This document shows, piece after piece, positions 1-20,209 of a stretch of DNA of 64,000 bases. How positions within the stretch are numbered: position 1 is the stretch's first letter; every line of letters begins with the position of its first letter. Position numbers and translations under genes: made by a program. The notes under the pieces were generated by a model. It searched no databases, was not told the origin of the DNA, and saw only the letters and a list, made by a program, of their open reading frames with translations. Origin of the DNA: Callorhinchus milii (lineage: Eukaryota); the NCBI RefSeq assembly GCF_018977255.1, contig NW_024704765.1, forward strand, positions 5,704,001 through 5,768,000, in the 5' to 3' direction.

Positions 1-125
1 GCCCAACTAACGCACTCTGACAGGAGTCACCAGCACTGATGTTAGATGTGAAACAAGCTGCTCTGTGTCTTGCCGCGCGCTGAAGAATGCTCTGAATGTG
101 TCATCTCCTTTGCTCCCCTTTTCAG

Positions 126-6910
<6,785 letters not shown>

Positions 6911-9354
6911 CCTTTGGGGGTCAGGTTCTGAAACGTCCCCCCACCGCGCCCCCCCCCCCCCCACCCTCTTCCCCCCCCCCCCCCCCAATCCTCACCCCCG
7001 AAAAACAAATATTCAGGAAGTCACACGAGACGGACACTCTTCAACTGAGCCTCCAGGAGAGAATGAAAGACCTTCTGGGAACAATTCAGCAAGGCCGTGA
7101 AGTGAAGATGGGAATGGTGTTTGACATTAGTTATATATATATATATATATATAGCCAGGAAAGCCCTTTATTCCGAAGGGCTCCATGAACAGGCTCAAGG
7201 GGCTGAATGGCCTCCTCCTGTTCCTATGTTCCTGTGTAACAGAGATGCACAACCAACCACGGATCTTCCAAGTACCGAGTGTGGTGATAGGGAGGCGGCT
7301 GAAAGAGCTGCGATCGTTACTTAACCACCTCCGTGTGCCCCCGCTCCTCTCGCTCCCTCTCTCCCTCTCTCTTTCTCCCTCTCTCCCTCTCTCCTCTTCA
7401 ATAATAAACCCAACTCAGGCAAACAAAAATAACCTGGGCAACGAACAATCTCCCAACGCTGCAGGTCCCTGCCCCGGGGAAGCTCACTGCCATATTACCT
7501 GCACCATCGAAGCTTCAACGCTCGGGCTGAGGCGAGGGCCTGCTGATGGCCGTGACTGTTCGTGTTCCTCTTCTGGGCCCAAACAACAACCGTAAGCTCT
7601 TCCTGATCGATGAGAAGATTTTTTTTATTGGTGTTTCAGAACTTTTGGGTCAGTTCCTGATGGGGACGCTGTGGTTTACTTTCCCTGAGATGGGCCCCTT
7701 TTCCCCCACCAATCCCCCTCCCTCTCCCCTCCTCCCCCCCCCCCATAATATTGGTGCTGTGACCCTCAAGTCGACGTTTATATTATTAGTTTAAGATAGT
7801 GATTTCTTCCTGCCCTTAGCCCCACGCTGCCCTCGTCCTGTACATATCAACAGCAACTTGGATTTATAGAGCTCACTCCCTCACGCTGGGTAACGTCCAA
7901 CTGTGTGACCCCCACCCCACGCAAACCCTCCCCCACACCCTCCCTTTCCCCCCACCCCCAAATCCCATTTGCACAGGAAATTTTTAAAAAATCAGAAACA
8001 TCACGAAAGCGGAAGGTTGAGAGTTAACACTTTTTTAAAAAAAACACACATGCAGAGCAGCTTTTTACTGTGACGTCACCGGGTTCAGTGTTTGTGGGGG
8101 TGGGGGTGGGGGGGGGGGTGGGTACGTGAGGTGGGGGTGGGGTGGGGAGTTGGGGGCACTCATGACCCCAACTGGGTCTTTGGTACCTTGAGGGAGAGCG
8201 TTTGCTCTTAGTCTGGCCAAGCTTTCCCGCTGCTTGTCCAGCTCGGACCCCCCCCCCCCCACTCCCTGCTAGTTAGTTAGTTATAGTTAGTTAGTTAGGG
8301 CTTTGGCTGCAGGGTTAACAGGAGCTGAGGGGGAGGATTCCCTGCCCCCAGTGACTGGTCGGCCCTTCCAGGTCCTGCCAGGTCGATGGATGAGCCGGGC
8401 CGGGCTGGACTGCCGTCAGCTGTGAGTGCCCTGGGATACTGCGGCCCCTCCTGGCTCAGGAATCGGGATTAAAGACCCTGAGGGGTGACTGTGTGTGGGG
8501 TGGGGGTGGGGTGGTGAGTGGGGGTTTCATTTGACTCAAACGCTTGACAATTTTGCTGACCTTCGGACGGTCCGACCCCCCCCCCCCCCCCCCCCACCCT
8601 GGTCACGGGACAGAACAGACACGGAAGTTCTTTACAAACGACACCAGCAAAAACACTGACTGAAGTTATTCCGAAATAGGGCGTCTGAGGCTTCTTTTTT
8701 TTAACGGATGGAAATTTAGGACACGATGTGATGTGGGTCTGTTGTCACTCTGTCCGACGCCCAACTCAGATCGAAGGAGGACCTTTCGCGTCGACTCGGA
8801 GCCTTTCACAACAACAACGACGACGACGACGACGACAACAACGCCCTTTGCACGGACAGGAACTCTTTAACAGAGATGTCTAACAGCTGCATTGCATCTG
8901 AGCACAGAGCAGACCCGGCTCCTGGGTGTGAATGGATGGGGTGGTGGTGGGGGGGGATTTGGTTGGTTGGTTGGGGAGGGGGGAAAGGGGATTGATTTTG
9001 TTACTGTGTGTTTCTCCTGTGTTTTGGGGCTGGGAATCATTTGAACCAGTTTCAGTCTGTTCACTCTGGCGGGACATTGTCTCTCGCCTCGACCCTGACC
9101 CTGACCTCCCTGTGAAATTGCACTGTGATGTTTGTGGAGGTTTTTAGCGACGGGAGCAGGTCACATGCACTGGGGTCACAGCCCCCCCCCCCACCCCCTC
9201 GCTTGCCGGGCACCTGGCAAAGTGTCAGAGAGACTGTGTGACGGAGAGACCTCAATACGCGTGTCCCATCTACCGCTGTTTTCTTCCATTTCTCAGCAAA
9301 CGATTCGGAACATTGACCTGCGACTGCGGTAACCGCTCGCCACCTGGCCCTGCG

Positions 9355-9598
9355 CCTCCCCTCAGCCTCAGCCTCCCCTCAACCTCCCTCAGCCTCGCCT
9401 CAGCCTCCTTCAGCCTCGCCTCAGCCTCCCCTCAGCCTCCCCTCAGCCTCAGCCTCCCCTCAGCCTCCCCTCAGCCTCAGCCTCCCCTCAACCTCCCTCA
9501 GCCTCGCCTCAGCCTCCCCTCAGCCTCGCCTCAGCCTCGCCTCAGCCTCCCCTCAGCCTCAGCCTCCCCTCAGCCTCAGCCTCCCCTCAGCCTCAGCC
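9355..9598 (+). repeat. (CCTCAG)n-type simple repeat in EPHB2 3' UTR
   Basis: Tandem CTCAGCCTCCC variants seen directly. Confidence 0.9.
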
Positions 9599-10294
9599 AC
9601 ATGGACATTCTGATGTTCTTCATTTCCTTCAATCCAGCCAACAATAACAACAACAATAATAACCATACACCAGTGTAGACCGAGGACCTTTCCCATCGGG
9701 AGCAAGTCCCACTTTAATTGCACTCAGTCTCGGGCAGTGTCTTTGGCCTTTGCATCACAAACAAACCTCTCAAGACAGCTGCTGCGTCCATTAGACTTTT
9801 GAGTTGATCTAGACTTCGTTCTCCCCTCCCCTCCGCTCGCTGTGGAGGGTCATGTCCCCCCACCACCACCTCCACCCCTCCAGATGGCAGATATTGACAC
9901 AGCGTCAGCAGCCAAATGTGTAGCAGTTCTGGTCACTGCTTCCTGCAATGTAACATGGCTTTCTTGCTGGGTTTTCTGCTGTAGTTGGCAGTGGAGCCAG
10001 TGCCAGGGGCAGCAGAAGAATCTTGTCACCACCTGGGCCGGTGGCCTGGCTCTGAGCTCGGACATGCTACGATTCTGTGAGTCTGGTTTATTCCATCTTC
10101 ACATACATTCGGCTACAACCAGATTGTTTCCAGCGTCCAAAAGCCCAATGCGGTTGGCGCCCACTGAATCTAGTCAAGACAATAATAATAACTAATACTA
10201 ATAATTACAAAATTACATTGGTAAAGCGCCTTTCAGGTCAGGAGGACATCCCAAGGCGTTGAACAGTCAGGGATTAGCACCTGAGTGGGGGGTG

Positions 10295-10326
<32 letters not shown>

Positions 10327-11406
10327 CCTGGCACTTGATACAGCGCCTTATCACGTTGTCGAGACGTCTCAAAGCGCTCCACAGGACACACTGACATTGA
10401 TGGACAACCTCTAGTCTGTTTGATGGATGAAGTACTTGAGGAACTGGCTGTAGGATCTGGTTGGATGGGTAGAAATGGTGGGTGAACCAGGCAGATGAGA
10501 ACTATATTTAATATTCGCTCACTATATTTAACTCCTTCACCTCTCGCCCTGTATTCCCGACTCTACCCTGCTGTCCCCCCCCCCACACACATAAACATTC
10601 CGTCCAGTTTCGTGACTATGAAACCGTCGGCACGTCTCGCTTTGTGTTCCTGGCTTGGGATATATTTGGGGGAGACGTGGTTTACATTTACACTTTGCAC
10701 GGACGGAGGAGGTCGAGGGAACGTGGTTCCCACGTCCCAGAAATCAAATCGTTTTAATTAAACAGCGAAAAAGAAAGAAAAGGGGAAAAAAAACCTGCGT
10801 TCAAATGTCACGCGTCCTCTCTCCCTCTCTCTCCCTCTCTCTCTTGTATGATAATGTTTACACACGTACTTCCTGCACACCTCAATACTGTGCCCGAGGG
10901 CTCCAAATATTTGCCTGACAGACGCTTGTCAGGAGCCAGGTTATGTGTCCAGACCCGGACACCAACTTCGCTCCACCACATCGCCCCCCCCCCCCCCACA
11001 CCCACACCCCCCCTTTTGCACAGATTGCCTCCTCACTCCCACTGTGAAACCATGTCACTCACGCCCTAATACAAACCTGTATAAACTGTACATTGAGCCG
11101 TGAACCCCCGTGTGCAGATGATGTAATGATTTGATCATTTGTATAATTTGTATTCCTTTTTATGTGAATGGCGACTAGTTTGTACTGTTACTTAGTGCAG
11201 TAATCACAAAAGATGTGTCTTCCATGTAGACCGAGAATACTGCCGTGCGCGCGTGCGCGCGAGTGCCCAACATCTTTGGATGTTAAACGAGATGTATTTA
11301 TAAAGAGTTCAGTTCGAACCGCAGTTCCTGCTCCTTCCTTCCCGATGTCTTTGTAGGAAAATTTTAACAGAAACATTTTTTTTCCCCCCCCCCCACCCCC
11401 CCGTGA

Positions 11407-11412
11407 AATAAA
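11407..11412 (+). promoter_or_regulatory. Candidate EPHB2 polyadenylation signal (implies a ~4.5-kb 3' UTR)
   Basis: AATAAA follows an AU-rich UTR-like block (11080-11400) and precedes a GT/T-rich downstream element (~11440-11490). Confidence 0.45.
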
Positions 11413-12811
11413 TGTGGGAAGCGAGTCCCTCGGCCACGGTCTTGTACTTTCACACCGGTCGCTCAGGTTGTTTTTTTTTTTTGGGTTCTGCTCCGGCTTT
11501 CCCGACCGACTTCAGACCTCGCGGGTCTCGCTCCAGCAATAACGTTTGACACAGCGCCTTATCCCGTCGTCGAGACACCTCCCAAGCGCTTTCGGGGAGG
11601 GAAAGAACACTCTCCCCCCCCCCCCCCCTGAGCTGCGGGAGCCTAACCTTCCCGATGACCTTCAGCGACTTTCCCCCCGAGGCAAAAAAATGAACCATTT
11701 GTTCGGTGTAAACCTCAGGCTGCACTCTGCAAACACTGCGCATTCTGGTTCCACTCTTCACAAAGCAGAGAACAGTTGACAGTCCCCCCCCACCCCACTC
11801 CCTCCGCACCCCCCAACCCCCGCCCAACTCCCTCCGCGCCCCCCAAACCATCCCCACTCCCTCCGCCCGCCCCCACTCCCTCTACCACACAACCCCAACC
11901 TCGTGGCTACAACACTGATCAATGCGCTTTGACCTGTTTCACACATTGTGGTGAGATAATCATTAGCAAAAGCCCTTGTCAGCAGCCAACTAGAGAGAGA
12001 GAGAGCAGGAGTTGGCTCGGGACCTGCTCAGACACTGAGGCAGCCCTTAATACACAGTCACTACACTTTGCACTCTATCCTGTGAAGCGCTTTTGAGACA
12101 TTTCGAATGTCCGTGAAAAGCGCTATATCAATTGCAAGGATTATTATTATTATAATTATTATAATAGTCCTTACTGTTGATCCAGATATTTTTTCTCAGC
12201 CTCCCTCCTTCCCTCCCCCGCTCCCTCCTTCACTCACTCACTCACTCCCCCCCCCCACATAGTAATAATAATAATCCTTGCATTTGATACAGTGCCTTAT
12301 CGCGACGACGAGACGTCTCAAAGCGCTCCGCCGGACGCACTGTAAAGCGTAGTGACTGTGTGTGTGTTTGTGGGCGAAACGCGGCAGCCAACTGCACCCA
12401 ACGGTGTCCCACAAACGGTCGCGGGTTGAGCGAGCACCGATCGTTTTCTTTATCGGGACATCATCAGGAAAGGCAACCCGCAAATATATTTCAGACCTGG
12501 TTTACAACCTGAAACAATAACGCTCTTTCCCCCACTTCCTCCCCCTTCTCTCATCCCCTCTCTTTCCCCTCTCACCCCCTCCGCGCACCTCGAAGGGAGC
12601 AGGTTCAGCGACAGTTCGCAAAACATCTCAGGAAGGGTTCGTGCCTTCATTGTGAATCCAAGCATCACAGGAACAGTCAATCTCAGCATTTAAATGGCCG
12701 TTTGTTCTCAGGGCCATTAGACTGGCAGTAAATCATGTTCATCCAGGTTCCGCCGATCAGCATCGCCGTTGTGTGTGAAATGAGTTTTTAACAAGACCGC
12801 AGCAGTGTAAC

Positions 12812-12926
12812 GGAGTCGTGTAGCTCAGTGGTTAAGAGCGCTCGCCTCGCAAGCGAGAGGACCCGGGTTTGATTCCCGGGCCGGGCGAAAACTTTTAGCA
12901 ACTTTGCTTACTCCACGCACACGCGC

Positions 12927-12957
<31 letters not shown>

Positions 12958-13130
12958 AGCCTCTGTTTACACAGCAGTAAGTAGGAGTCTGTATGTCAAT
13001 CGATTGTTAGTAATTAAACCCTTTTAAAAAAATGGGTCACTCAATCCACAACCGTTTGTGGGGACACTGCTGTGCGCAATCGGCTGCTGAGTTTCGCCCA
13101 CAAAATATACAGTCAATTCATTTCACCGTA
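12812..13130 (+). mobile_element. tRNA-derived SINE (DeuSINE-type)
   Basis: A-box TAGCTCAGTGG, CTCGCCTCGCAAGCGAGAGG, B-box GGTTTGATTCC, followed by the body shared with other copies. Confidence 0.8.
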
Positions 13131-13770
13131 TAATAATAATAATAATAATGATAATCCTTGCATTTGATACAGCGCCTTATCACATCTTTAAAACATCTTC
13201 ACAGGATATACTGTAAAGTGAATTGTCTGTATATTTCGTGGGTGAATCCACACAAAACCCCGTTTACCTCCCCTCCAATCCGGCTCCCCCTACCCCCACC
13301 CCCCCCCAGACAACGGTCACCAGTCACACTAATTGGAAAGACAACACTGAACAAAAAAGACTCGACTGCCACACGTCTCCAGAACAGGTGCTTGAAGCAA
13401 ATATCATTGACATGATGTCTGCCTGGGGCTGGTCCAGCTTCACGCCTCTACGCTGTTCATGAAGATGCCATTCGATGCTTTGACAGGCAGTTGGTGAGTG
13501 AGTGAGGGAGCGAGGGAGGGGAGGGGAGGTGAGGGAAGGAGGGGAGGGGGGTGATGAAGGGAGGGAGGGACCTCAAATGTGAGTTTAACAAGTTTCATTT
13601 GCTGCTGCTAATTATTTCGCTTTGACTTTTGTCACAAATGACTTGCTGATTAGCAATTATTGCTGCTTTCCCTTGTCGTACAGTCTGTTTCTTTGGCCCC
13701 AAACGATTGACTGTAAATTCGCAAACCAGTGGACGTGGGCGAGGAACAGCAGCACTTTAATTTGATAATT

Positions 13771-14110
13771 TGGAGTCCCGTAGCTCAGTGGTCAGAGCAC
13801 TCGCCTCGCAAGCCAGAGGACCTGGGTTCGATTCCTGGTCAGGGCGAAATGTTGGGCAAGTTTCCTTACTCCGCACACAAACCTTGGGGGGGTTGCCAAA
13901 CCCTTTAAAAATATCTGATAACAATAATTTGGCCACTCAATCCACGGCTGTTTGTGGGGACGCTGCTGTGTGCGATTGGCTGCCGCATTTCGCCCACAAA
14001 ATATACAGTCAGTTCACTTTACAGTCTATTCTGTGAAGCGCTTTGAGACGTCTCGATGACGTGAAAAGCTTCATATCAAATGCAAGTATTATTATATAAT
14101 ATTATTATTA
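13771..14110 (+). mobile_element. tRNA-derived SINE, near full length with (TTA)n tail
   Basis: tRNA head (TAGCTCAGTGG...GGTTCGATTCC), body GCTGTGTGCGATTGGCTGCCGCATTTCGCCCACAAAAT, tail GTGAAGCGCTTTGAGACGTCTC...AAATGCAAG-TATTATTA. Confidence 0.85.
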
Positions 14111-15218
14111 TAACGCAGACTGCCAGTTCCCTCCATCCCAATTGTGCTCTTTATCACTAACGGGTGAACCTGGATTTAATCTCTGTTTCCACCCACGTCT
14201 GTATGTCAGATATTAGCCTTAACCTCTATCAGCTGATTGTCAACCAAACTGAAGCCAATACACACACAAAATAGATACACACACACACACAGCAACACAC
14301 CCACACACACACACACGCAAACATAGATGGATAGACACACGCATACACACACACTAACACAGACATGTTCATACCTACATAGAGACACGCACAGACTCAC
14401 ACAGACACACACACACACAAAACGCCTTCAGGCCTTGTACACAGCCGTAGCTTTACTATGAGAGGCTGAGTTCACCATATGTTTAAACATGACCCCACAT
14501 CACATCCCCCATTTGATTCCGGTTTGCTGGGGTTGGGGTGGGGGGGGGGGGGGCGGGGGGTTGACAGCTTGTCGTTGGGAGTTGGAGATTACCCATCGCT
14601 GCTGAAGGTTCCCCTCTGGACACGCAGTGTTTGGGCAGCGTTGGGACCAACATTAGAATAGCCGTGAGGAGTCGTAGCTCTGGACAGAGAGAGAGAGAGG
14701 GAGAGAGAGAGAGAGACGTTGGAGGGCGAGCGATTGCTTCTCTCTGCTCATCGCTCTGACAGCACAAGCTTCGGCCCTCGGGCGACTTCGCAGGAGAATC
14801 GCACTGAAGCCGAGAGAAATTAATAGGTTTCCTACACGGCTCCTGCTGATACTCTTGGCGTCTCTCTCTCTTTTTCTCTCTCGCTCGTTTTCTCTCTCAT
14901 TCTCCCTCTATCTCTCTCTCTCTCCCTCTCTCTCTTTCTCTCAACGATGCCACTCGCGTTCGCTTCAGGCCCAGAGATGTCACAAGGCCCAATGTCCACA
15001 GCTGTGCTTGACTTTCCTGCAAGGAATTAGCTGGAGACGCTGCCTGTTAAAGTGAGTTAGAGCTGGAGCGGGTTTATAATTGCCCAATGATGTCGATTCA
15101 AGGGTGTCCGGCTAGTGTGGCCTTTGGGAGGGTTGGAGGTAGGGGGTTGGGATTGAGCAGCGCCAGTGAGAACCATGGGGCTGGGTTGGGAAACTCTGTC
15201 ATAAGTGATGCAGAACAG

Positions 15219-15545
15219 GAATCCCGTAGCTCGGCGGTTAGAGCCCTCGCCTCGCAGGCGAGAGGACCCGGGTTCGGTTCCCCAATGGCGGGACGAAACC
15301 TTAGGCAAGTTTCCTTCCTCCACACACAAGCCGCTATTTACCAGCAGCGGGTAGGGACCTGTTCGTCGATTGGCAGATCGCTTGCCGGGGTGGGGGGGGG
15401 GGTTCATAAGGCATTCGAAATAAATAACTAAATACCTAAATAAATGATTTGGTCACTCAATGCACAGCTGTTTGTGGGACGCTGCTGCGCGCAATTGGCT
15501 GCCTTCGTTCGCCCGCAAAATATACAGTCGAGTCACTTTACGGTA
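15219..15545 (+). mobile_element. tRNA-derived SINE, 3'-truncated
   Basis: Same head and body as the copies at 13771 and 30583. Confidence 0.75.
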
Positions 15546-16084
15546 CATTCCGTGTGCAGTGTTTTATGAATGTTATTATCATTGTGATCATCTTTCTCTC
15601 TTTCTGTCCGTCCCTCGCTCGCTTGGTTAGGTGGAACCGAGGAGGGGGAAACGGGGCACAGGCTCGGCGGATCGTGAAGGTTGGCATCTTGTGACAAGGA
15701 CGGAGGCGCGCAATGGACGAGGAAGCTATTTATTTCACTGTCAGCTAAGCCGAGCGCGGGGTGAAACGCTGGCGTTAACATCAGTCAGACAGCCAGAAAG
15801 GTTGCACAGAGGCCAGATCCGCAGCACGACTGTTCAGCAGGTTAAACGGCATCGCATGTCGCAGGAGTGAAAAGCTCTGTGTTAAGTTGATTGAATCAGA
15901 TGTCGAGCATTGATGTGGAATCAATGGGAGCATTTCCATTCTGCCCGAGGCGAGGGAAGTCGGAACATACACTGACACAGGGGCAGGAGGAGGCCAATCA
16001 GCCCATCTCGTCTGTTCCACCATTTTACCGCTTTGAGACGTCTTGATAGCGTGATCAGCTCCTTATCCACCGCGAGGATATTTT

Positions 16085-16410
16085 CGGAGGTGCCGTCCTT
16101 GGGAGGAGACGCTCAACCGAGGTCCCGTCTGCCTGATGTTAAAGATCCCGCGGGGCTATTGGAAAAGAGAAGGGAGTTTCTCTCTCTCTCTCTCTCTCTG
16201 TCCCAATGTCCCGGCCGACAATCCCCCAAATAAAATCAGTCGCTCACTCCGTGGCAGTTTGTGGGGCACCGCTGTGTGCGACCGGCTGTCGCCTTCGGCC
16301 CACAATATACACAGTCAGTCCACTTGACAGCATATCCTGTGAAGCGCTTTGAGACGTCCCAACGACATGATCAGGCGCTAAATCAAACGCGAGGATTATG
16401 ATTATGATTA
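16085..16410 (+). mobile_element. DeuSINE-type element with Deu-like central domain
   Basis: GGAGACGCTCAACCGAGGTCCCGTCTGCC...AAAGATCCCGCGGGGCTATTGGAAAAGAGAAGGGAGTTTC, followed by the common tail. Confidence 0.65.
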
Positions 16411-16909
16411 GGGTTATTATTAGGATTATTGTTGATCTCCGCAGAGAGGCGGGTGGGCAGTGGGGCCAGCAACGGGCAGCTGATGATGTGAGGATTGAGG
16501 TATGGTCGTGACGGGGATTAAACGGTGAACTGCAGTCACACAGCGACAGCTGGGGGTTTTGACCAGGGATTTTTTTTTTTTGGGGGGGGGGGGAAAAACT
16601 TTTGAAAGGCGGAAAGGGGATGTGATAATCATTTTACTCCCATCACCTTCTGAAGTGCTTTTTGAAGACATTCCCAGAAAAATGTCGGATACAGCCTGAC
16701 TCACCACACAATCTCATTCCCCTTTTGCTGGGACTCTATTCCCCTCTCTTACATCCCTCTATCTCTCTCTACCCCACCCCTTTATCCCCCTCTCCCACAC
16801 CCCTCTATTCCCCTCTCCCCCACCCCTCTATTCCCCTCTCCCAAACCCCTCTATCTCCCTCTCCCCTCTGGTATGCATCAAGTTTCCTTCTAAATTTGGT
16901 GCTTTTAGG

Positions 16910-17290
16910 TTGAAGCACAGGTCCCAGCAGCGAGTTCCACATTCTCACCACCTTGTGTGTGAGTGAGTTCCCCCTGAGCTCTCTTTCAGATTTGCTAATG
17001 ACAATCCCACATTAACCCATCCTTGGACTTGGACTCACCAATGAGTGGGAAACAGTTTAGCAGTGCCCACGCCATCGAATCCTTTTATAGCCTTCCCTAC
17101 CTCCAGTCACACGTCATCTCAGTGCTCTCATCTCTAGAGAGAAAGGTTCCAATCTGTCCCATCTCCCCACTCATCCCCTGGGAAAGTCCTGCTGAAATCT
17201 AAACGCACTCTCTCCAATGCTACAATATCCTCCCTGTAACAGGCTGACCATTTTGGGTGGGTTTACGACAAATCTTACAGGACACAAATC
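16910..17290 (-). mobile_element. Degenerate CR1-type LINE RT/3' fragment
   Basis: Minus strand reads ACACAAGGTGGTGAGAATGTGGAACTCGCTGC, typical of the CR1 RT C-terminus (VVRMWNSL). Confidence 0.55.
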
Positions 17291-18082
17291 TCTTCTGCCC
17301 GTTCGACGTGGGGTCGCAAGTTGCTGGTATATCATTTGAGATGGTAACTTGTCTCGTTCCCACCTGCTCACATGTTTTTCACACTCGCACTCACACAACA
17401 ATCTATATATTTCCCTGTAACTCTGTGTGGCAGCTGCAGCAGTCGGACATAATCTTGGATCAAGTGCAGAGTTTACCGGATTAACACAGGCCCAGCCCCC
17501 AGCGGGACACACACACGCACACGCACACACATACACACACACAGCGCTGCCTTGGATTTAGACGAAGACAGATTGGAGCTGGAAATGCCGGTAAGGAAAC
17601 CAGCCGCGGGGATACCTGACGAGAAGCAGAGCGCGCACTTCATATAATAGGATCGGAAGTTAACCCCCACCCCCTTCCTTCACTTCTCCCCTCCCCCCCC
17701 TCCCTTTCCCCCCACCTCCCCTTCCCCCACCGCCATCCCCCACCCCCCCCCTCCTCCCCCCACCACCAGAATCGCAAAGTCCACGTTATTAACCCAAATA
17801 CTAACTCCAATTGTCATAATATCTCTCTGATGTGTTCAGGGTTGTCAGGAGTTGGCTGAGCACCCGGGACCTCCTGTTCTCTGAGTTTCTCGTGGGAGAA
17901 TATTCCAGACGGTATTTGCGAACCAACCTCACGCAATGGACAAAGTGCGACGAGGAGAGGTAAACGTTCGATCGCCAAATCACACCCTCACATAAGAGCC
18001 TTTCCCTGAGAGTTGGGAGGATCGTGTGTTTTTTATTCCCTGTCACGTTAGAGCCGTCATTTGCTTTACAGCGATTGTGAAA

Positions 18083-18115
<33 letters not shown>

Positions 18116-19250
18116 CCTGGCGTTTGATATAGGGGCCTATCCCATCGTTGAGACATCTCAAAGCGCTTCGTGGAATGTACTGTGAAGTGAATCGATTTGT
18201 GCTTTGTGGGCGAATCACGCACAGCAATGGCCCAGAGCCAGGCAGACACCGACGCTTAATCTATTCTCCGTGGTCCTCGCCCATGTTCTCAGCCTCCTTC
18301 CCAAGGCCGATTTTTATTTCTGGTTCGTTAAGCTTTTTCTAACTAAACCCAAAACAAACGTCTCCTACCCGACAGAGCCATTAATTGAAGGCAGACAGAA
18401 GCCAATAGGCAGAATGTTTCGAGGAAAGGACAGCGCCTCCCAATAACACAGCTCTGCACTTGAGTGTCAGCTAAGAGTCCTGACTGTCCAGCGCCTCGGG
18501 ACGTCCTCCCGACGCTATACACATATCATTTTGTTGTTGTGTTGCTGTTGACCTGGAGCTGGAACCCACAAACGTTCATGGCCTCATAGAGGCGAGAGCC
18601 AGGTTCGCTCGCAGGACTAAAGGTCTGAAAACTGTGAAACTCATCCACTCATAAACGACTTTATGTCTCGCTGCAAAAGAGAGAGTTGCTGAATGACTGA
18701 TAGATTGCGAATCAGGGGAAACCAGACGCTTGAAATATCAAATTAATGTACAATAAATATCTTGAGGTCCACGGTTTTTATCGCCTCTTAGCCCCGTGCT
18801 GAATTTGACACCGGAATTTCTTTACTATTTGTTACATCGACCGCAGAGAAATGGCAGTTCGCCAGCACATCCATTGATTTCATTTTACATTTGGAAAGCC
18901 TGGCGCTCTATCCCTTGAGCTGATTGTTTAGCAACTGTGTTCTGACTCGTTGCAAGTCTGACCAGTTACATAATAAAAGCTGTTTTATATCCGCGGCATT
19001 TTTGACATTTCCCTTTTATTCTCTCTGCTTATATGGAGATGGAAAGTGTTTTACTACAAGTACAGCTCCCGCGTTCCAATGGGGGGAGGGGGGGGGGTGG
19101 GTTCCTTTTCCAAAGCCGTTTGATACCGTGAGACGCGGAGGTTTGCTGTGTGACGATTATCTTTGCATTTACTGCAGCGCCTTTCATTTCGGGAGCACGT
19201 CCCAAAGCACGTCACAGGAATTCCTGTCTGAGGTAGTCACACTGTCTGTT

Positions 19251-19282
<32 letters not shown>

Positions 19283-20209
19283 CCTTGCATTTGACACAGC
19301 GCCTTAATCACGTCTCAAAAGCGCTTCACAGAATACGCTGTAAAGTGAATTGGTTGTATATTTTGTGGGTGAAACGCGACAGCCAATTGCGCACAGCAGT
19401 ACAGTTTTAATAAACCATCCATTGATGTGACTGTACAACAACAACAGGCCATAATCCAAGAGGGAGCCAGTGTTTCACAGCTTTTTCATTGAGGAATATC
19501 CACTCTTGTGACAGAAGTCAATTAAATAGGAGGATTAATAGACTTTGCTTCCCACCTCGGAGTTTAAAACTATAAACCCAGGTCAGGGATTATGACGTCG
19601 GCAGAGAGGAAATCGAGATGAGATGTAACGGATCGCGGGAGGTGAAAGAAGAGAGTAGATGGCGGGTGTTTCAACGCAAACCGTCTGTCAACCCGAGGTG
19701 TAACCCTGCGGTTAATGGGGCGATGAAAATACAAGGTGGTGTCGTTGTTGTTGGAAGTGCTGTGTCATGTGGACCATTTGACAAGATATCGTCAGACGTA
19801 AAGTATTTGTTTCTGCACAAGACAGGGTGATAACGAGGGAGAGGAAAACCAAATAAAGGATAGGAAATAGTGTGTAAAGATCTATCAGGTAATGATAATA
19901 ATAATAATAATATTCATATTATTATTATATTAGTGTATTATTATTATTAAATTTCAATAGGAGATATTGTAAGGAGATATTGTACATATTAATGATGTTT
20001 GATGATAATCCTTCCATTGAATACAGCATATTTCGCATTCGAGGATGTCTCAAAGTGCTTCACAACCTGTGCGTTAAAGTGTAGTGACTGCGTGGTGTTG
20101 CAGGCATTAACTTGAGATCAATATCAAGATTACGGTCAAGAATTTCCTTTGTCCTTTTGCCGTTTTGCAGCCGTTCTTTGGCAGGAAGCTGGTGAACAAA
20201 GCCCTGGTC

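Noticed and set aside
9238-9678. 146-aa Ser/Pro/Leu-rich ORF
   Set aside because: Translation of the CCTCAG repeat within the EPHB2 3' UTR.
12816-12890. tRNA-Ala(CGC)-like sequence (also at 13775, 15222, 30586)
   Set aside because: Each continues into a shared SINE body and tail and the copies are diverged, so these are SINE heads rather than tRNA genes.
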